Part shown: positions 12,051 to 21,702 of the stretch, piece by piece | Position numbering within the stretch: position 1 is the stretch's first letter | Layout: every line of letters begins with the position of its first letter | NCBI GenBank assembly: GCA_963733815.1 | Contig: CAVTEG010000015.1 | Location: 464,313 to 528,312, forward strand | DNA from: an uncultured Acidobacteriota bacterium | GTDB taxonomy: Bacteria; Acidobacteriota; Thermoanaerobaculia; UBA5066; Gp7-AA6 | Length of the DNA stretch: 64,000 nt | Reading direction: 5' to 3' | Made by a program: the position numbers and the translations under genes | The notes under the pieces: generated by a model | The model's database searches: none | What the model saw: the letters and a program-made list of their open reading frames with translations, nothing else | Told to the model about the DNA's origin: nothing

Positions 12051-15000
12051 ATGGGCGACGATCCGCGCAAGGGCCGGGAGGAATCGGCGCACGAGGCGCG
12101 GCGGCTCTCGACGCTTCGCCTCTTTCTGATCGTCCTCCTCTTCCTGGCCCTGGCGGCCTACGCGATCTGGAATTCGGACCGGTTCCAGTCGCTCTTCCAG
12201 GGCGCCTCGCAGCAGCGCCTCTCCGAGCTGCTGCAGCGGCCGGTGCGCTTTCGGCGAGTGGACTTTCACATCTTCCCGCCTTCGGTCACGCTCGCCGACG
12301 TCAGCGTCGGTAACGACCCGAGGACTCCCGAGGAGCCACTGCTCGCCGCCTCCGAGCTGACCATTGGCGGCGGAATGTCGGTCACCGGCGGCGAGCTGCG
12401 CTTCGGCCGCGTGCGGGCTGTGGGGCCGAAGATCGCTCTGACCCAGTTCCCGGACGGAAGCTGGAACCTGCCTCCCGGCTTGACCGGACCCAGTAAAGGA
12501 GGGAAAGGACTGAAGGTTCGTGTCGGCGAGCTCGTCGTGGTGAAGGGCCTCCTGCGCTTCGAGGGCCGGAAGACGGATATGGACGGGCGCTTCGAGGACT
12601 TCGCGGTTCAGGTGACCGCCCTGCCGCGCAACCGCTACGAGGGCACGCTCGCGTGCCGCCGCGCCACCCTGCGGCTTCCCTCGGCGGAGCCCATGGTGCT
12701 GGGGCTGGACCTTCGGTTCCGCATCGATCCGGAGACCGGCGCGGCCATCGAGAGCCTCCGCGCCAACGGGGAGTTCGGCGAGCTGCGCGCCACGGGCTCC
12801 GTCGACAACTTCAAGACTCCGACCGTGCTGCTTCTTGCCTCGGGCGACGTGCACATCGCCGAGGTCGAGCGCATCTTCCGGATCAATCTCGGCTTCGTGG
12901 GGGACGCCTCCGTGCGGGCCGATGTGCGGATCGCGGGCGGCGGCTTCCGGGTCACGGGCAACCTTTCCTCGGCGAAGATCGACGCCAAGGGCTTCCCGAT
13001 CGAGGACCTCCAGGCGACGGTCCTGGCGCGCCCCGAGGCGTTGCTCGCCCGGATCGAGAGGGCGCGCTACGCCGGTGGAGAGGCCGCGGGAGTTTTTCGC
13101 ATCGAGAACCTCGCGGGTAAGGGACCACAGCCGATGACCCTGGTCCTGGACGCGAAACGGATCTCGATGGAGCGCTTCTTCGCCGACTTGAAACTGCCCG
13201 GCACGGGTCTCTCCGGGGCCGCGACCCTCACGGCGTCCCTGCGCTGGGGCTCGGCCGGGCTCGAGCGCGCCAACGGCGGCGCGACGCTCTCCCTCGATGC
13301 GGGGCCGGCGTCCTCGCTCGTCCGTGGACGATTCGGAGTTCCGGTCTCCGGCGGCGGGGCCCTCACCATCGTGGACGGCCGGATCGGCTTCGAGGGGACG
13401 ACGTTCCGGTTTCCGGCATCTTCGATCGCGCTGACCGGCGGCATGCAGATCGGCCACTGGATGCCGGACTTCGATTTTCAGTTGCGCTCGCGCGACTTGA
13501 CCGAGGTGGACCATCTCTTCCAGAACTTCACCGCGGCCTCCGGCAGCAAGCCCAAGGCCCTGGGCCTGGGCGGCTCGGGCGACCTGGACGGCCACATCGC
13601 GAAGTCCTGGAGCGAGCCGGAAGTGACGACCCGCATCTCGGCGGAGAACGCCCGTTATTCCGGCGTTCTCTTCGGGAGCGTGCGCGGAACCGCCGAGATG
13701 CATGAAGGCGCCTTCCTGTTCCACCCGCTCCGAATCTACGAAGGCAGCGCGACCCTCTCGCTCGAGGGCACCATGCGCTACCGTCACAAGGCCGGAAGCC
13801 CGGACCTCGAAGTGACGGTCTCGGCCAAGGACTATCCGGCGCAGCGGCTCCTCGACTACCTCGACCTCGAGTACCCGATCGAAGGCCGCGTCACCGGGAC
13901 GTTCCCGCTCTCCGGCGACATGCCCAACGGAGTCTCCGGGGGCGGAACCGCGGTGTTCGAGGGCGCCGTCCTCTGGGGACAGAAGGTCGAGCGGCTTTCG
14001 GGCCGCGTCGGGCTCTCGCCGGGGAAGGTCGCGTTCGACGAGCTCCGCGCGGACGTGGAAGGCGGGATGATCGGAGGCCGCGGCTCGATCGCCTACCGCG
14101 AGAAGACCTTCGAGGTGCGCGCGGCGGGCGACGGCATTCCGTTCCAGGCGCTGCAGGCGGTCCACGACGCCACTTCCGACGTCAGCGGCTCGCTGACGTT
14201 CGAAATCAGCGGGTCCGGCAGCTTCGATCGGCCCGACCTCGATGTGTCGGCGACGCTGACGGACGCGACGTTCTTCGGACACGCGATTCCTTCGGGAAAA
14301 GAGCCGAGGCTCTCCGCGAAGGTTGCGCATGGCGAGCTCGACGCCACGGTGACGGTGGAGAAGGCCTGGACCCTGAAAGCGCGAGGCGAGCCCTTCGCCA
14401 CCCCCGGCAAGGTCGACGCCGATCTGGACGCGCCGGACCTCGCGGCCCTGCTCCTCTTCACGCCGCTCGGAGTTCCGGAGGGCGCGGGCGGAGCTGTGGC
14501 CGCGACCGGCCACTTCGCGCTGCCGGACCGCAAGGGCGCGGCTCCCGAGGGGGAAGTCCTCGTGACGTCGGCGCGACTGGACCTTCCGGAGCATCCCGGG
14601 CTGCTGCGGGCGGCCGACGCGCGGATCCGCATCGCGGACCGCCGCTTCACGCTGGAGGAGACGAAGCTCGTCGGAGAAGGCGTGGAGCTTGCGGCGCGCG
14701 GAACGCTCGACGCGTCGGGCGAGAAAACGGGGATCGACGCGCGGCTGACCGGAACGACCGACGCCGCGATCCTGGGACTGGTCACTCCGGACACGGGTTT
14801 CTCGGGAAAGCTGACGATCGCCGTGGCGGCGACCGGGACGCTGGACGCCCCGGCCTGGAACGGCTCGGTGCGGATTCAGAACGGCCGCTACCGCGTCGCC
14901 GGCTACTCGTTCACCGAGATCGAAGGCACTATTCGCGTCAACGGCACTTCCGGAGAGATCGAAGGCGTGCGCGCCAAGGTGTCCGAGGGAGAGGCCTTCG

Positions 15001-16001
15001 CCGCCGGCAACTTCCAGCTCGAGAAGGCCTCGCTGAAGGAATATCGCCTCGCGGTCCAGGGCCGGCGCGTGCAGGTTCGCGCGATTCCTTCCCTGCGGCT
15101 GACGGTCGACGCCGATCTGGTGCTCAACGGCACGACGGAGACTCGCGAGCTGCGGGGAGAGATCTCGCTGCTGAGAGGGACGTACTCCAAGGACGTCGAG
15201 CTGACCGTTTCGGATCTCCTCGCGCGCAGCCGCCCCGGAGGAGCCGTGGCCGCGCGCCAGCGCTGGATGGAGCGCACGTCGCTCGACGTGCGGATCGTGT
15301 CCGCCGCAGCGCTGGAGGTGCGCAACAACCTGGCCCGTCTTTCCGGAACGGTGGATCTGACGGCGCGGGGCACGCTCGCCGACCCGGTTCTGCTGGGGCA
15401 GGTCCTGCTCGATGAAGGAGGACGCGTCGTCTTCAGCGACGTCCGCTACGAAATCGAGAACGGCGTGATCACGTTCGCCAACACCGCGCGCATCGCGCCG
15501 TTCATCGACATCCGGGCGCGGGCCGACATCAAGGGCTACGACCTCGTCGTGTCGCTGGTCGGGACCTGGCCCCGGATCACCCCGACCTTCACCTCGGATC
15601 CGCCGCTGTCCAACGACGCGATCCTGGGCCTGATCCTGTCGGGCGTGCCGCCGGACACGCGGGCCTCGTCCGACACCGCCGGGCAGCTCGTCTCGGCGGC
15701 CGGAGGCGTGATCTCCGGAGCCGTGACGTCCCCGCTGACGCGGGGCACCCAGCGGCTCTTCAAGCTCGACCGCTTCCAGATCGACCCGGTCTTCCAGGGC
15801 AGCACGCTCTCGACGTTTCGAACCACGATCGGCAAGCAGATCACGCAGGATCTCTCGGTCACTTCCTCGATCGCCATCGATTCGAGCAAGGACCCGATCA
15901 TCCGCATCGAGTGGCAGGCCACCGACACGCTCCTGATCCAGGTGATCCGCGACGAGAACGGGATCCTGACCCTGTCGTTCCGGAAGCGCCAGCGCCTGTG
16001 A
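12051..16001 (+). CDS. tamB: translocation and assembly module protein TamB (DUF490 family)
   Basis: ORF 12051..16001 (1316 aa). It has an N-terminal membrane anchor LFLIVLLFLALAAYAIW, a long beta-rich body, and a C-terminal DUF490-type segment (FKLDRFQIDP...TIGKQITQDLSVTSS...IRIEWQ). Confidence 0.85.
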   Translation: MGDDPRKGREESAHEARRLSTLRLFLIVLLFLALAAYAIWNSDRFQSLFQGASQQRLSELLQRPVRFRRVDFHIFPPSVTLADVSVGNDPRTPEEPLLAASELTIGGGMSVTGGELRFGRVRAVGPKIALTQFPDGSWNLPPGLTGPSKGGKGLKVRVGELVVVKGLLRFEGRKTDMDGRFEDFAVQVTALPRNRYEGTLACRRATLRLPSAEPMVLGLDLRFRIDPETGAAIESLRANGEFGELRATGSVDNFKTPTVLLLASGDVHIAEVERIFRINLGFVGDASVRADVRIAGGGFRVTGNLSSAKIDAKGFPIEDLQATVLARPEALLARIERARYAGGEAAGVFRIENLAGKGPQPMTLVLDAKRISMERFFADLKLPGTGLSGAATLTASLRWGSAGLERANGGATLSLDAGPASSLVRGRFGVPVSGGGALTIVDGRIGFEGTTFRFPASSIALTGGMQIGHWMPDFDFQLRSRDLTEVDHLFQNFTAASGSKPKALGLGGSGDLDGHIAKSWSEPEVTTRISAENARYSGVLFGSVRGTAEMHEGAFLFHPLRIYEGSATLSLEGTMRYRHKAGSPDLEVTVSAKDYPAQRLLDYLDLEYPIEGRVTGTFPLSGDMPNGVSGGGTAVFEGAVLWGQKVERLSGRVGLSPGKVAFDELRADVEGGMIGGRGSIAYREKTFEVRAAGDGIPFQALQAVHDATSDVSGSLTFEISGSGSFDRPDLDVSATLTDATFFGHAIPSGKEPRLSAKVAHGELDATVTVEKAWTLKARGEPFATPGKVDADLDAPDLAALLLFTPLGVPEGAGGAVAATGHFALPDRKGAAPEGEVLVTSARLDLPEHPGLLRAADARIRIADRRFTLEETKLVGEGVELAARGTLDASGEKTGIDARLTGTTDAAILGLVTPDTGFSGKLTIAVAATGTLDAPAWNGSVRIQNGRYRVAGYSFTEIEGTIRVNGTSGEIEGVRAKVSEGEAFAAGNFQLEKASLKEYRLAVQGRRVQVRAIPSLRLTVDADLVLNGTTETRELRGEISLLRGTYSKDVELTVSDLLARSRPGGAVAARQRWMERTSLDVRIVSAAALEVRNNLARLSGTVDLTARGTLADPVLLGQVLLDEGGRVVFSDVRYEIENGVITFANTARIAPFIDIRARADIKGYDLVVSLVGTWPRITPTFTSDPPLSNDAILGLILSGVPPDTRASSDTAGQLVSAAGGVISGAVTSPLTRGTQRLFKLDRFQIDPVFQGSTLSTFRTTIGKQITQDLSVTSSIAIDSSKDPIIRIEWQATDTLLIQVIRDENGILTLSFRKRQRL

Positions 16002-18997
16002 GGAAGGGAGCCATCGCCCGGGCGCTCGGCGCGCTGCTTTTCGCCGCTTCCGCCGCCGTCACCGCCCAGGACTCCGCCTCGCAGGTCGCTCCCGATCTCT
16101 ACGGCCGCACCGTTTCGTCCGTGGCGTACACGGCCGACGGCCCGGTGGACCGCAAGGAGATTGCGGACCTGATCGCGATCGAAGCCGGCCGCCCGCTGGA
16201 GGATACGGACGTCGCGGCCACGATCCGCAACCTTTTCAAGACCCTTCGGTACTCGAACGTCGCCGTCACCGCCGAGCCCGAAGGCGAGGACGCCGTCGCC
16301 GTCACGGTTCATCTGTGGAAGGCCTATCGCATCGCGAAAATCTCGTTCCAGGGGAAGACGGCGCTGTCGAAGGAGGATCTGCGGCGCGCCGTGAACCTGT
16401 CGGAGGGAGAGACCTTCTCCGCCTCGACCCTGGAGAACGGGGCCGCGGCCCTGGAGCGGAAGCTCTCCACGGAGGGGTATCTCGAGCCGCGCGTCGAGCC
16501 CGACACTGTCTTCGATCCGGCGACGTTTTCCGTCCGCGTCGTCTACAACATCACGGCCGGCAAGCGCGCCCGGGTCGCGGACCCTTTCTTCGACGGCGAC
16601 ATCCATCCGTTTTCGGAATCCGTGCTCGCGGAGAAAGGGAAGGTCAAGGTCGGAAGGCCCTACAGCGAAACGCGAGAGCGATCGGCGGCGGACCGGATGC
16701 GCCGCTTCCTTCTCGAACAGGGGTACTTCCGGGCCTCCGTCGAGCTGATCGCAGCGGAACCCACCGCAGACGGACGCCTTCAGCCGGTCTATCGCGCAAC
16801 CATCGGTCCCAAGTACTCGCTGGAGGTCACCGGCGTGAAGCCGAAGACCGCGCGCAAGCAGATCCTGGACCTGCTCGAGACCCAGAGCTTCGACGAGGAC
16901 CTCCTCGACCAGTGGGTCTCGGATCAGAAGGACGCGCTCCAGAAGGCCGGGCACTACCGCGCGAAGGTCTCCGCCTCCATGGCGAGCGGGAAAGAGCCGG
17001 TCCCGGTGACGCTGACGGTCGAGGCCGGCCCAAAGTATGCGGTCGAATCGATCGCGATCCGGGGGAACGCCTCGGTTCCCGAGGAGACGCTCCGCCCCCT
17101 CCTGGTGACCCACACGAAAGGACTGCCGGTCATCGAAAAAGGGAGGCTGATCGACAAGGACCTCGACGACGACGTCAGCGCGATCCTGGGCTACTACCAG
17201 ACGCACGGATGGATCGATGCGAAGGTCCAGAAGTCGGTGACCGACGGACCCGAGCCCGATCGGCTGGACGTGACGATCACGGTGGCGGAGGGGCCGCGCA
17301 CGTTCGTCGAGGAGCGTACGGTCGACGGCGCCGAGCATCTGACGCCCGACGAAGTGGAGCGGCTCGTGACGGTGCGGGTCGGCGAGCCCTTCAATCCGAG
17401 CGCCGTGCGCCAGGACGTTTCGGCCCTGACCGACTACTACTGGAACCACGGGTGGAGGGAAGCGTCGGTCCAGGACCGCTACACGCTCTCCGAAGACCGG
17501 ACGAAGGCGTCGATCGTCTACCGGGTGGAGGAGGGGATGCGCTCGTTCTTCGGAAAGGTCATCGTCCGTGGCAACGCGATCACCGATCCGGACCGGATCC
17601 TGCGCCAGGTCGCCTGGAAGGAAGGCGAGCCCTACTCCGAGGAGAAGATCGCCGATACGCAGCAGAACCTGGCGCGGACCGGCGCGTTCCGCACGATCGA
17701 GGTGCAGCCGCAGCCCGCGGATCCGGTCAACCAGTCGCGCACCATCGACGTTTCGCTGACCGAGGCTCGCCGCATCTCGCTCCTGTACGGCTTCGGTTAC
17801 CAGAACGCCGCGGGCGCCACCGAAAACCGAAACGACGTCTTCGGCGTCGTCGGCGCCACGTACCGAAACCTCTTCGGCCTGATGCAGTCGGCCTCCGCGG
17901 AAGTCCAGTACGCGCCCCTCTCGCAGCGCGGCCACTTCTTTTTGAGCTTCGTCGAGCCCTACGCGTTCGGCACCAACGTTCCCATCAACGTCGTCGGCTT
18001 CGTCTCCCGCGAGCCGATCCAGGACGTCAACATCGACAAGATCGGCGGCTACATCGAGTCCGTTCGGGTGTGGCAGAAGTACCTGCGGGTGGGCTTGCGC
18101 TACGAGTACGTGCAGAGCGGACCCACGAACCCCGAAGACCTCTCGACGATCGAGCTGGAAAAGTTTCCGAAGTCCGACCAGCCGATCAAGCAGTCGGCGA
18201 TCGGCCCGAGCTTTCTCTGGGACCGGCGCGACGACATCCTCGACCCGCACAGCGGCTACTACGCGAGCCTGGCGGGCAAGTACGCGTTTCCGTTTCTCTC
18301 GGCCGACGCGCGCTACGGAAAAGTCTCCGGACAAGTGGCCTGGTTCAAGTCCATCTTCGGGGGCGTACTCGGCGCGAGCGTGCGCGCCGGCGGCATTTAC
18401 CCCTACGACCTCGCCGCGCAGATTCCGGTTCCGATCCCGGAGCGCTTCTACTCGGGAGGCTCGACGACGGCGCGCGGCTTCGACACGGATCTTCTGGGCA
18501 TCCCACGCGTCACCGTGGACTACAACACGCAGGCCACGCTGAAGGCCGCGGATGAGCCCGTGGGCACCTGCGCAACGCAGGATGGCTTCGCCGACCTCGC
18601 GGCATGGGACTGCAACGACGGTCCGCGTATCATCGGCGGCAACGGCTTCATGGCCTGGACGCTGGAGTACCGGTATCCGATCTTCGGCAATCTCGGAATT
18701 TCGGTCTTCTACGATCTCGCCCAGGTCTGGCAGAACGCCGGCGACATCAACCTCAAGATCGAAGGCGAGACGGGCCTGCGCCAGTCGATCGGAGCGGGGT
18801 TTCACTACATGACGCCGATCGGGCCGCTGCGGCTGGAATACGCCCAGCCCGTCGAGAAGCGGACGATCGTCTACGAGGTGACGTCCACCGTGGATGTGAA
18901 CGACCAGCCCTGTAATCCGTCGCCCTGCGTTCTGAAGCGCGGCCTGACGACCAAGGAAAAGGGGCGGATCCTGCTGTCGATCGGGTATCCGTTCTAG
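15998..18997 (+). CDS. bamA: outer membrane protein assembly factor BamA (Omp85 family, POTRA repeats + beta-barrel)
   Basis: GTG 15998 overlaps the tamB stop (GTGA) in the frame of ORF 15911..18997. The signal peptide is ALGALLFAASAAVTAQD. POTRA-like repeats and an Omp85 barrel follow. The C-terminal beta-signal ends ...LLSIGYPF. Confidence 0.85.
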   Translation: MRKGAIARALGALLFAASAAVTAQDSASQVAPDLYGRTVSSVAYTADGPVDRKEIADLIAIEAGRPLEDTDVAATIRNLFKTLRYSNVAVTAEPEGEDAVAVTVHLWKAYRIAKISFQGKTALSKEDLRRAVNLSEGETFSASTLENGAAALERKLSTEGYLEPRVEPDTVFDPATFSVRVVYNITAGKRARVADPFFDGDIHPFSESVLAEKGKVKVGRPYSETRERSAADRMRRFLLEQGYFRASVELIAAEPTADGRLQPVYRATIGPKYSLEVTGVKPKTARKQILDLLETQSFDEDLLDQWVSDQKDALQKAGHYRAKVSASMASGKEPVPVTLTVEAGPKYAVESIAIRGNASVPEETLRPLLVTHTKGLPVIEKGRLIDKDLDDDVSAILGYYQTHGWIDAKVQKSVTDGPEPDRLDVTITVAEGPRTFVEERTVDGAEHLTPDEVERLVTVRVGEPFNPSAVRQDVSALTDYYWNHGWREASVQDRYTLSEDRTKASIVYRVEEGMRSFFGKVIVRGNAITDPDRILRQVAWKEGEPYSEEKIADTQQNLARTGAFRTIEVQPQPADPVNQSRTIDVSLTEARRISLLYGFGYQNAAGATENRNDVFGVVGATYRNLFGLMQSASAEVQYAPLSQRGHFFLSFVEPYAFGTNVPINVVGFVSREPIQDVNIDKIGGYIESVRVWQKYLRVGLRYEYVQSGPTNPEDLSTIELEKFPKSDQPIKQSAIGPSFLWDRRDDILDPHSGYYASLAGKYAFPFLSADARYGKVSGQVAWFKSIFGGVLGASVRAGGIYPYDLAAQIPVPIPERFYSGGSTTARGFDTDLLGIPRVTVDYNTQATLKAADEPVGTCATQDGFADLAAWDCNDGPRIIGGNGFMAWTLEYRYPIFGNLGISVFYDLAQVWQNAGDINLKIEGETGLRQSIGAGFHYMTPIGPLRLEYAQPVEKRTIVYEVTSTVDVNDQPCNPSPCVLKRGLTTKEKGRILLSIGYPF

Positions 18998-19008
18998 AAT
19001 CCGATCCG

Positions 19009-19239
19009 ATGCCTCTCTTCGAGTACCGGTGCCGCGACTGCGAAAAGCGCTTCGAGCTGTTCGTCCTCGGGGACGCGCGGCCGAAGTGTCCGTCGTGCGA
19101 AAGCGGAAAGCTTCAGAAGCTTCTGTCGGCTTTTGCCGTCGGATCCGGCGGCGGCAAATCCTCGAGCGCATCCGAACCGGCGGGTGCCTGCGGATCCTGC
19201 GGCGATCCGCGCGGGCCAGGTTCCTGCTCGATCAATTGA
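19009..19239 (+). CDS. FmdB-family zinc-ribbon protein (CxxC-CxxC)
   Basis: ORF 19009..19239. The start MPLFEYRCRDCEKRFE....CPSCES is the FmdB/CxxC_CxxC_SSSS signature. It lies 11 nt after bamA. Confidence 0.8.
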   Translation: MPLFEYRCRDCEKRFELFVLGDARPKCPSCESGKLQKLLSAFAVGSGGGKSSSASEPAGACGSCGDPRGPGSCSIN

Positions 19240-19381
19240 CTTCGTGCGGACGCGTCCGCGTCCCGCGCGAGGTCATCCCGAGGGCGTAGCCCGAGGGATC
19301 CCGAAATTATTCGAAATCCGGCGAGTCGAGTCCGGGATGAACGCGCGGGCCCGGCGTTGCCTACTGCCGAGGGCGCGTAAC

Positions 19382-19400
19382 CGCCGACCTTCGGTCGGCG
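19382..19400. terminator. GC-rich stem-loop between convergent fmdB and GT2 genes (possible terminator)
   Basis: cgccgacc (19382-19389) pairs with ggtcggcg (19393-19400) around a ttc loop. There is no clear U-tract. The hairpin is flanked by a 13/14 direct repeat, gttgcctactgccg / gttccctactgccg. Confidence 0.3.
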
Positions 19401-19447
19401 TTCCCTACTGCCGTGGGCTTGCCTCTGGTGGCCGGGTCGGTGGTCGG

Positions 19448-20830
19448 CTATCTCGCTGCGTTCGGGATGACCGGCAAGATCGCCGGCACTCCCGCCGGCT
19501 TCTCCGCGAGCTTGCGTTCCGCCGCGGCGAGCGCCTGGCGCAGCGGCTCCGGATCTTCGACCGTCCATGAGGAGAGTCCCGTGAACGGCGCCTCGGCGAG
19601 CGCCTCGCGCCAGCCGAGCGATCGGAAACCTCCGTCGCGCAGGGCGTGGACCAGCTTGAGCGTGCGGAACGCGTCGAACCAGGTGTGGAAGTGCCGGAGC
19701 ATGGTTTCCGGATTGCCGGCCGAGCGCTCGACCGCCTGTCGGACGGCGGCGAAGGCCTTCATCCGTTCCAGCGACTCGAGGAGCACCTCCGTCAGGAAGA
19801 AGGGGTTTTCCCGGGGCAGCTCCGAGAGCGCCGCGTCGAGCTTTCCGCCCGCGGATGCGACGGCCGAAAGGGCCCGCAGCCAGGCCGCCAGGTGCGCGAA
19901 GACCGCGGGGTGGTAGAGGCGAAAACCTGAGAGCGCCTTCTGCTTCGACAGGAGGTTGGAGAGACTCTTGCCGGTTCCGAACGGGACGCGCTCGGAGATG
20001 CGGCCGTCGAGCATCAGGGGTGAGCCCGCCAGGCGCACGACCGTGCCGACCTTGGCGAGCTTGTTCAGGACGTAGAAATCCTCGGCCGCGTTCTTTTCCG
20101 GAAAACCGTGGACCGCGGCGTACGCCGCCGGACGGACGGCGATGCAGCTGCCCATCGCCTCGTAGGCGTAGGGGGAATCCGCCCAGGCCAGGCCCAGGAC
20201 GTAATAGCGGAGCGAGATCTCGTAGAGCCGGGCGGCGCGGGCGAGCTCCGGATCCTCCGAGAATCGGTGCTCGTAGAAGTAGATCGCCGCCGCGGAGTCG
20301 TCCGCGGGAAGCGCCTCGGTCTGATCGAAATAGTCGTTGGGGAGAACGGCGTCGGCGTCGGTGTTGTGGATCCAGTCCGACGAAAGGCGGCCCGCGGCGA
20401 AGAGCGAGAGCGCGATGTCGTTGCCGATCTTTCGGGCGAGGCCCACGCCCTGGGCCTCGGGCAGGAAGTGGCCGGCCTGCGAGCGGTCCACGACGAGGAC
20501 CCGGCCGTGGGCGAACTCGAGCTCCGAGGCGGGATGCTCGCCCGGCACCGGCCGCGAGGACTTCGCACCGTGCGCGAGGCGCTCGCGGGCCGCGGTGTTG
20601 GCCTCGTGAATCACGGGCGGCGAGTCCTCGCGGGCGTTGAGGCAGATGATGACGAGCGTTTCGCCGCGGGGTCCCTTCGGCACCGAGCCCAGCGTGTCGA
20701 AGAGGCTCTGTCCCTCTCCGTAGGCCGGCACGACGAGGGCGTGGCCGAAGGTGCCCTCGAAGCGATCGGCGATCCCCGCCTCGGGCTCGGCGTGGCGCGA
20801 GAGGTACTTGGAGACGGCCTTGTCCGGCAC
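19448..20830 (-). CDS. family-2-like glycosyltransferase (GT-A fold)
   Basis: This is the 3' 460 codons of ORF 19448..21847. Motifs are ALVVPAYGEG, the LVIICLNA block and the DxD-like NTDADAV. The first usable start after the miaE stop is GTG 20830, and no SD is visible, so the start is uncertain. Confidence 0.7.
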   Translation of the reverse strand: MPDKAVSKYLSRHAEPEAGIADRFEGTFGHALVVPAYGEGQSLFDTLGSVPKGPRGETLVIICLNAREDSPPVIHEANTAARERLAHGAKSSRPVPGEHPASELEFAHGRVLVVDRSQAGHFLPEAQGVGLARKIGNDIALSLFAAGRLSSDWIHNTDADAVLPNDYFDQTEALPADDSAAAIYFYEHRFSEDPELARAARLYEISLRYYVLGLAWADSPYAYEAMGSCIAVRPAAYAAVHGFPEKNAAEDFYVLNKLAKVGTVVRLAGSPLMLDGRISERVPFGTGKSLSNLLSKQKALSGFRLYHPAVFAHLAAWLRALSAVASAGGKLDAALSELPRENPFFLTEVLLESLERMKAFAAVRQAVERSAGNPETMLRHFHTWFDAFRTLKLVHALRDGGFRSLGWREALAEAPFTGLSSWTVEDPEPLRQALAAAERKLAEKPAGVPAILPVIPNAAR

Positions 20831-20847
20831 GCCGGGAGGATATCGGA

Positions 20848-21417
20848 TCAGTACAACGCGGCGCGGATGGGCAGGGACTCCATGATCCGGGCTTCGGCGT
20901 CGAGCAGCTCCTCGAGCCGCGTCTCCAGCTCCTCGGGCGCAAAATACGTGCGTGCCAGATCCAGGTACGTCTCCTGGTGGCGCACCTCGGTCCGGGCCAG
21001 GTCCCGGTAAAAGTCCTTGAGCCTGCCGGCCGGGAGCGCGGCCGCGAGCAGACCGAAGCGCTCGCAGCCCCTCGCTTCGACGATCGCGCCGGTGACCAGG
21101 CGATCCAGGAAGTACGCCTCGCTGCCTTGCCGGTACTCGCGCGCGAGGCGTCCCAGGTAGACGCTTCGAATGTCGGGGCCGAGCGTGCGCCCGCGCTCGG
21201 CGACGCGCCGCACGACCTCTTCGAAATGCGCGAGCTCCTCGCGCGCGAGTGCGATGCAGCGCGCCACGAGCTCCGGACGGTCGGGGTAGTGCGCCACTAG
21301 AGCCAGCGCGGCCGCCGAGGCCTTCCTCTCGTTGGCGGCGTGATCGACGAGGAAGGCGTCGAGATCGGCGAGCACTGCCGCCGTCCACGCGGGCGGCGTA
21401 GGCCGCTTCAGGAGCAC
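20848..21417 (-). CDS. miaE: MiaE-family diiron tRNA-(ms2)io6A hydroxylase
   Basis: ORF 20848..21417 (GTG start). It shows full-length similarity to MiaE, including DHAxxErKA, ArEELxHF and EArgcERF-type diiron ligand helices (LVDHAANERKA, AREELAHFE, IVEARGCERF, ARTEVRHQE). Confidence 0.85.
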   Translation of the reverse strand: MLLKRPTPPAWTAAVLADLDAFLVDHAANERKASAAALALVAHYPDRPELVARCIALAREELAHFEEVVRRVAERGRTLGPDIRSVYLGRLAREYRQGSEAYFLDRLVTGAIVEARGCERFGLLAAALPAGRLKDFYRDLARTEVRHQETYLDLARTYFAPEELETRLEELLDAEARIMESLPIRAALY

Positions 21418-21420
21418 CGA

Positions 21421-21702
21421 CTACCCGCCGCTGACGGCGGGCAGGATCGCGATCTCTCCGTCGGCCGGCACGGACGTGTCGAGTCCCCGGACGTCCCGCA
21501 CGTTGTCTTCGCCCACGAAGAGGTTGACGTGCGGTCGGATCTCGCCGCGCTCCGTGATCACCCGGTCCCGCACGCCGGGATGCCGGGCGCCCAGGGCTTC
21601 GAGCGCGTCCCGGACCGTGCGCGGCGAGCCGTCGAGAAGAACGCTGCCGCGGCCGCCCGAGAACGGCTGGAGGGGGCCGGGGATCAGGAACCGGACGGCC
21701 AT
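21421..21702 (-). CDS. MoaD/ThiS-family ubiquitin-like beta-grasp protein (C-terminal Gly-Gly)
   Basis: The last 93 codons of ORF 21421..22629 run from ATG 21702 (MAVRFLIPGPL...) and end ...DGEIAILPAVSGG. The start overlaps the upstream stop (ATGA). Confidence 0.8.
   Translation of the reverse strand: MAVRFLIPGPLQPFSGGRGSVLLDGSPRTVRDALEALGARHPGVRDRVITERGEIRPHVNLFVGEDNVRDVRGLDTSVPADGEIAILPAVSGG

Noticed and set aside
11163-14594. 1143-aa ORF on the minus strand
   Set aside because: It lies antisense to tamB. The translation is low-complexity and rich in R/G/A/P with no recognisable motifs, as expected for an open antisense frame in 70% GC DNA. The plus-strand TamB reading is coherent.
15536-19171. 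1211-aa ORF on the minus strand
   Set aside because: It lies antisense to bamA and has the same Arg/Gly/Asp-rich composition with no domain signatures. BamA on the plus strand has a signal peptide, POTRA-like repeats and a terminal beta-signal.
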